Shown here piece after piece: positions 60,385-64,000 of a stretch of DNA of 64,000 bases. The notes under the pieces were generated by a model, which was given only the letters and a program-made list of their open reading frames with translations, made no database searches and was not told where the DNA came from. The translations under genes were made by a program, and so were the position numbers. Numbering within the stretch: the first letter of the stretch is position 1; every line of letters begins with the position of its first letter. This DNA comes from the human T2T-CHM13v2.0 reference genome, Homo sapiens, in assembly GCF_009914755.1 (NCBI RefSeq), contig NC_060947.1, one strand, 5' to 3'.

Positions 60385-62667
60385 TCTATTTTTTATCTTT
60401 TATCTTAACTTTTGTGAGTACACAGTAGGAGTATATATTTATGGGGTACACAAGATGATTTGATACAGGCATGAATGGGTAATAATCACATCATGTAAAA
60501 TGGGGAATCCATTTCCTCAAGCCTTTATCTCATGTTACAAACAATTCAACTATAGCCTTTGTGTTATTTTTTAATGTGCAATTATATTATTATTGACTAT
60601 GGTGACCCTTTTGTGCTATGAAATAGGTTTTATTTATTCTTCCCAACTACTTTTTTTTGTACTTATTAACCATCCCCACCTCTCTTCCCACACCCTACTA
60701 CCCTTCCCAGCCTCTGGTAACCATCCTTCTACTCTCTATCTCCATGAGTTAAATTGTTTTGATTTTCAGATCCCACAAATAAGCAAGAACAAGCAATGTT
60801 TGTCTTTATGTGCCTGGCTTATTTCACTTAGAGTAATGACTTCAAGTTCCACCTATGTTGTTGCAAATAACAGGATCTCATTATTTTTTATTGCTGAATA
60901 GCACTCCCTAGTGTATGATTACCACATTTTCTTTATCCATTCATCTTTGGACATTTGGGTTGCTTTCCAAATGTTAGCTATTGTAAACAGTGCTGCAACA
61001 AACACAGGAATGGAGATATCTCTTCAATATACTAGTTTCTTTTTCTGGTATACATACCCAGCAGTGGGATTGCTGGATCATATGGTGGCTCTATTTCTAG
61101 CTTTTTGAGGAACCCACAAAATGTTCTCCATAGTTGTACTAATTTACATTCCCACTTACAATATACAAGGTTTCCCTTTTCTCCATATCCTTGCTAGCAT
61201 TTGTTATAGACTGTCTTTTGAATATAAGCCATTTTAACTGGGGTGAGATGATATTTCATTGTACTTTTGATTTGCATTTCTCTGATCATCAATGATATTG
61301 TGCACCTTTTCCTATTCCTATTTGTATGTCTTCTTTTGAGAAATGTCTATTCAAATCTTTTGCCCATTTTTGATGAGATTATTAGATCTTTTCCTACAGG
61401 GTTGTTTGAGCTCTTTATATATTCTGGTTATTAATCCCTTGTCAGATGGATAATTTGCAAATATATTCACCCGTTCTGCGATTTTCCTCTACATTTTCTT
61501 GAGTTTATCCTTTGGTATGCAGAAGCTTTTTAACTTGATTTGATCCTATTTGTCCATCTTTGCTATGGTTACCTGTGCTTGTGGGATATGACTCAAGAAA
61601 TCTTTGCCATGACCAATGTAATGGAGAGTTTTTTGATGTTTTCTTGTAGTTTCATAGTTTGAGGTCTTAGATTTAAGTTTTTAATTCATTTTGATTTTAT
61701 TTTTGCATGCGGTGAGAGACAGGTATCTTTTTTCATTCTTCTGCATATGGATATCCAGTTTTCCCTGAACCATTTATTGAAGAGACCATCTTTTCTCCAG
61801 TGTATGTTCTTGGCACCTTTGTTGAAAATGAGTTCATTGTAGGTGTGTGGATTTGTTTCTGGGTTTTCTATTCTGTTTTACTGGTCTATGTGTCTGTTTT
61901 ATGCAGGTACCATGCTGTTCCGTTGCTATTGCTCTGTAGTGTGGTTTGAAGTCAGGTAATGTGATTCTGCCAGTTTTGTTCTTCTTGCTTGGGATAGCTT
62001 TCACTATTCTGGGTCTTTTGTGGTTCCATATAAATTTTAGAATTGATTTTTCTATTTCTCTGAGGAGTGCATTGGTACTTTGAGAGGGATTGTAACTAAC
62101 TGTAGATTGTTTTGTGCAGTATGGATATTTTAACAATATTGATTCTTCTAATCCATGAACATGGAATATTTTCCCATTTTTCCTGTCAACTTCAATTTAT
62201 TTCATCAATTTCTGATAGTTTTTATTGAGGACATCTTTCATTTCTTTGGTTTAATTAAGTCCTAGGTATTTAATTTTATTTGTTGTTATTATGAATGGAA
62301 TTACTTTATTTCCTTTCACATTGCTCACCGTTGGCATATAGAAATGCTATTGGTTTTTGTATGTTGATCTCGTATCTGGCTACTTTACTGAATTTGTTTA
62401 TCAGTCCTAATAGTTGTTTGGAGGAGTCTGCAGGTTTTTTCAAATATAAGATGATATCATCTGCAAACAAGGATAATTTGACTTCTTTTCCAACTTGAAT
62501 GCCCCTTATTTCTTTCTCTTGTCTTATTCCTCTAGCTAGGACTTCCAGTACTATGCTGAAAAACAGTGGTGAAAGTGGGCGTGCTTGTCATGTTCCAGAT
62601 ATTAGAGGAAAGGCTTTCAGTTTTTCCCCATTCAGTGTGATATTAGCTGTTTGGCTGTCATGCATGG
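60385..62667 (-). mobile_element. L1MA2-like 3' portion
   Basis: L1MA2-type 3' end; peptide [21 protein letters not shown]. Confidence 0.9.
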
Positions 62668-63112
62668 CTGGAGATAATTACGTAAGTAAAATAATCCAGA
62701 CCAAAAAAAGGCAACATTGCATGTTCTTACTTATTTGTGTGATCTACAAATCAAACGAATTGCATTCATGGACATAGAGAGTAGAAGTCTGGTTACTAGA
62801 GGCTGGGAAGAATAGTAGGGTCTGGGGCAGGAGTTGGGGATAGTTATCGAGTACAAAAAATAGTTAGAATAAATAAGACCTATGATCTGATGGCACAATA
62901 GGGTGAGTATAGTCAATAACTTAATTCCACATTTTAAAATAACTTTAAGAGTATAATTGAATTGTTTGTAAATCAAAGCATAAATTCTTGAGGGGATTGC
63001 TACCTTACTGTCCATCATTTGCTTATTTCACATTGCATGCCTGTATCAGAACATGCTATGAACCCCACAAATATATACACCTACTATGTACCCAGAAATA
63101 AAAACTAAAGAA
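62668..63112 (+). mobile_element. L1MA1/2-like 3'UTR fragment
   Basis: CATGGACATAGAGAGTAGAA..CATTGCATGCCTGTATCA..CCTACTATGTACCCA. Confidence 0.88.
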
Positions 63113-64000
63113 TATTGTTAATATGTCCATACTATACAAAGCGATCCACAGATACAATGCCATCCTTACCAAAATTCCAATGACATTTTTCATAAAAATT
63201 AAAAAATCCTAAAATTTGTATGGAAACACAAAGGCCCTGAATAGCCAATGTAATTTTGAGTAAGAAGAACAAACCCTTGGTATATCACATTTCTTAAACT
63301 ACATTACAATGCTACAGTAATAAAAACAGTATTGTACTATCATAAAAATAGACACGTAGACCAATGGAACAGAAGAGATCACAGAAATAAACCCACGTAT
63401 GCAAAGTCAACTAATCATTGACAAGGACACCAAGAATACATAAGGAGGAGTGAATACACTAATAATGGTGTTGTGAGAACTGAATAGCCACATGCTAAAG
63501 AATTAAAATGAACTCTTATCTTATACCACGCACAAACATCAATTCAAAATGGATTAAATACTTAAACATAAGACAAAATACCTTAAAACTGCTGCTGGAA
63601 TAAAACACAGAAAAAAGTTCTTTTACATTGTTCTTGGCAATGATTTTTTTTTAGAACGACCCTAAAAGCACAAGCAATAAAAGTAAAAGTAAAAAGTGAG
63701 ATTACGCCAAACTGCAAAGCTTCTGCACAGCAAAGGAGACAATCCACTCATTGAAAAGACAAACTGGAATAATCGCAAACCATATATCTGATAATGAGTT
63801 GATATCAAAAATATATAATGAACTTATATAACACAATAGCACAAAAAACAAACAGATTAAACAATGGGCAAAGAATCTGCAGAGACAATTTTCCAAAGGA
63901 GGCATTCAGGTGGCTAAAAAGATAAGTGAAAAGATGCTCAACATCATGAATCATGAGGGAAATGAAGACTAAAACCACAATGAGATATCATCTTATACAT
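63113..64000 (+). mobile_element. L1MA9/L1MB-like ORF2 segment running off the window
   Basis: AATATTGTTAATATGTCCATACTA..GACCAATGGAACAG..AAAACCACAATGAGATATCA. Confidence 0.85.

Overview
AT-rich, CpG-poor primate (very probably human or great-ape) DNA made up almost entirely of interspersed repeats. No intact protein-coding gene, tRNA, rRNA or CRISPR array is supported, and the ORF track is explained by L1, Alu, ERV and Tigger remnants plus chance. Contents are L1 elements of many ages, a HAL1, nine Alu/FLAM elements, MaLR LTRs (THE1B/C/D, MSTA x2, MSTB, MLT1A), ERVL-class elements (MLT2D-like, MLT2A2 + HERV-L gag, and a class III provirus with pol, an env remnant and an LTR32-like LTR), MER50, a MER4-group internal fragment, and DNA transposons (Tigger2, MER2, MER5A, MER94). 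The most informative signals are mechanistic scars readable directly in the sequence: an L1 3' transduction with TSD, a locally templated two-piece insertion in HERV-L gag, a fold-back hairpin at a THE1B breakpoint, an inverted L1, and deep nesting. There is also a SNORD112-like C/D-box sequence at an L1ME 3' end and a possible very ancient repeated L1ME-remnant + MIR unit. Family names come from my recall of consensus sequences and not from a database search; boundaries of old elements are approximate.
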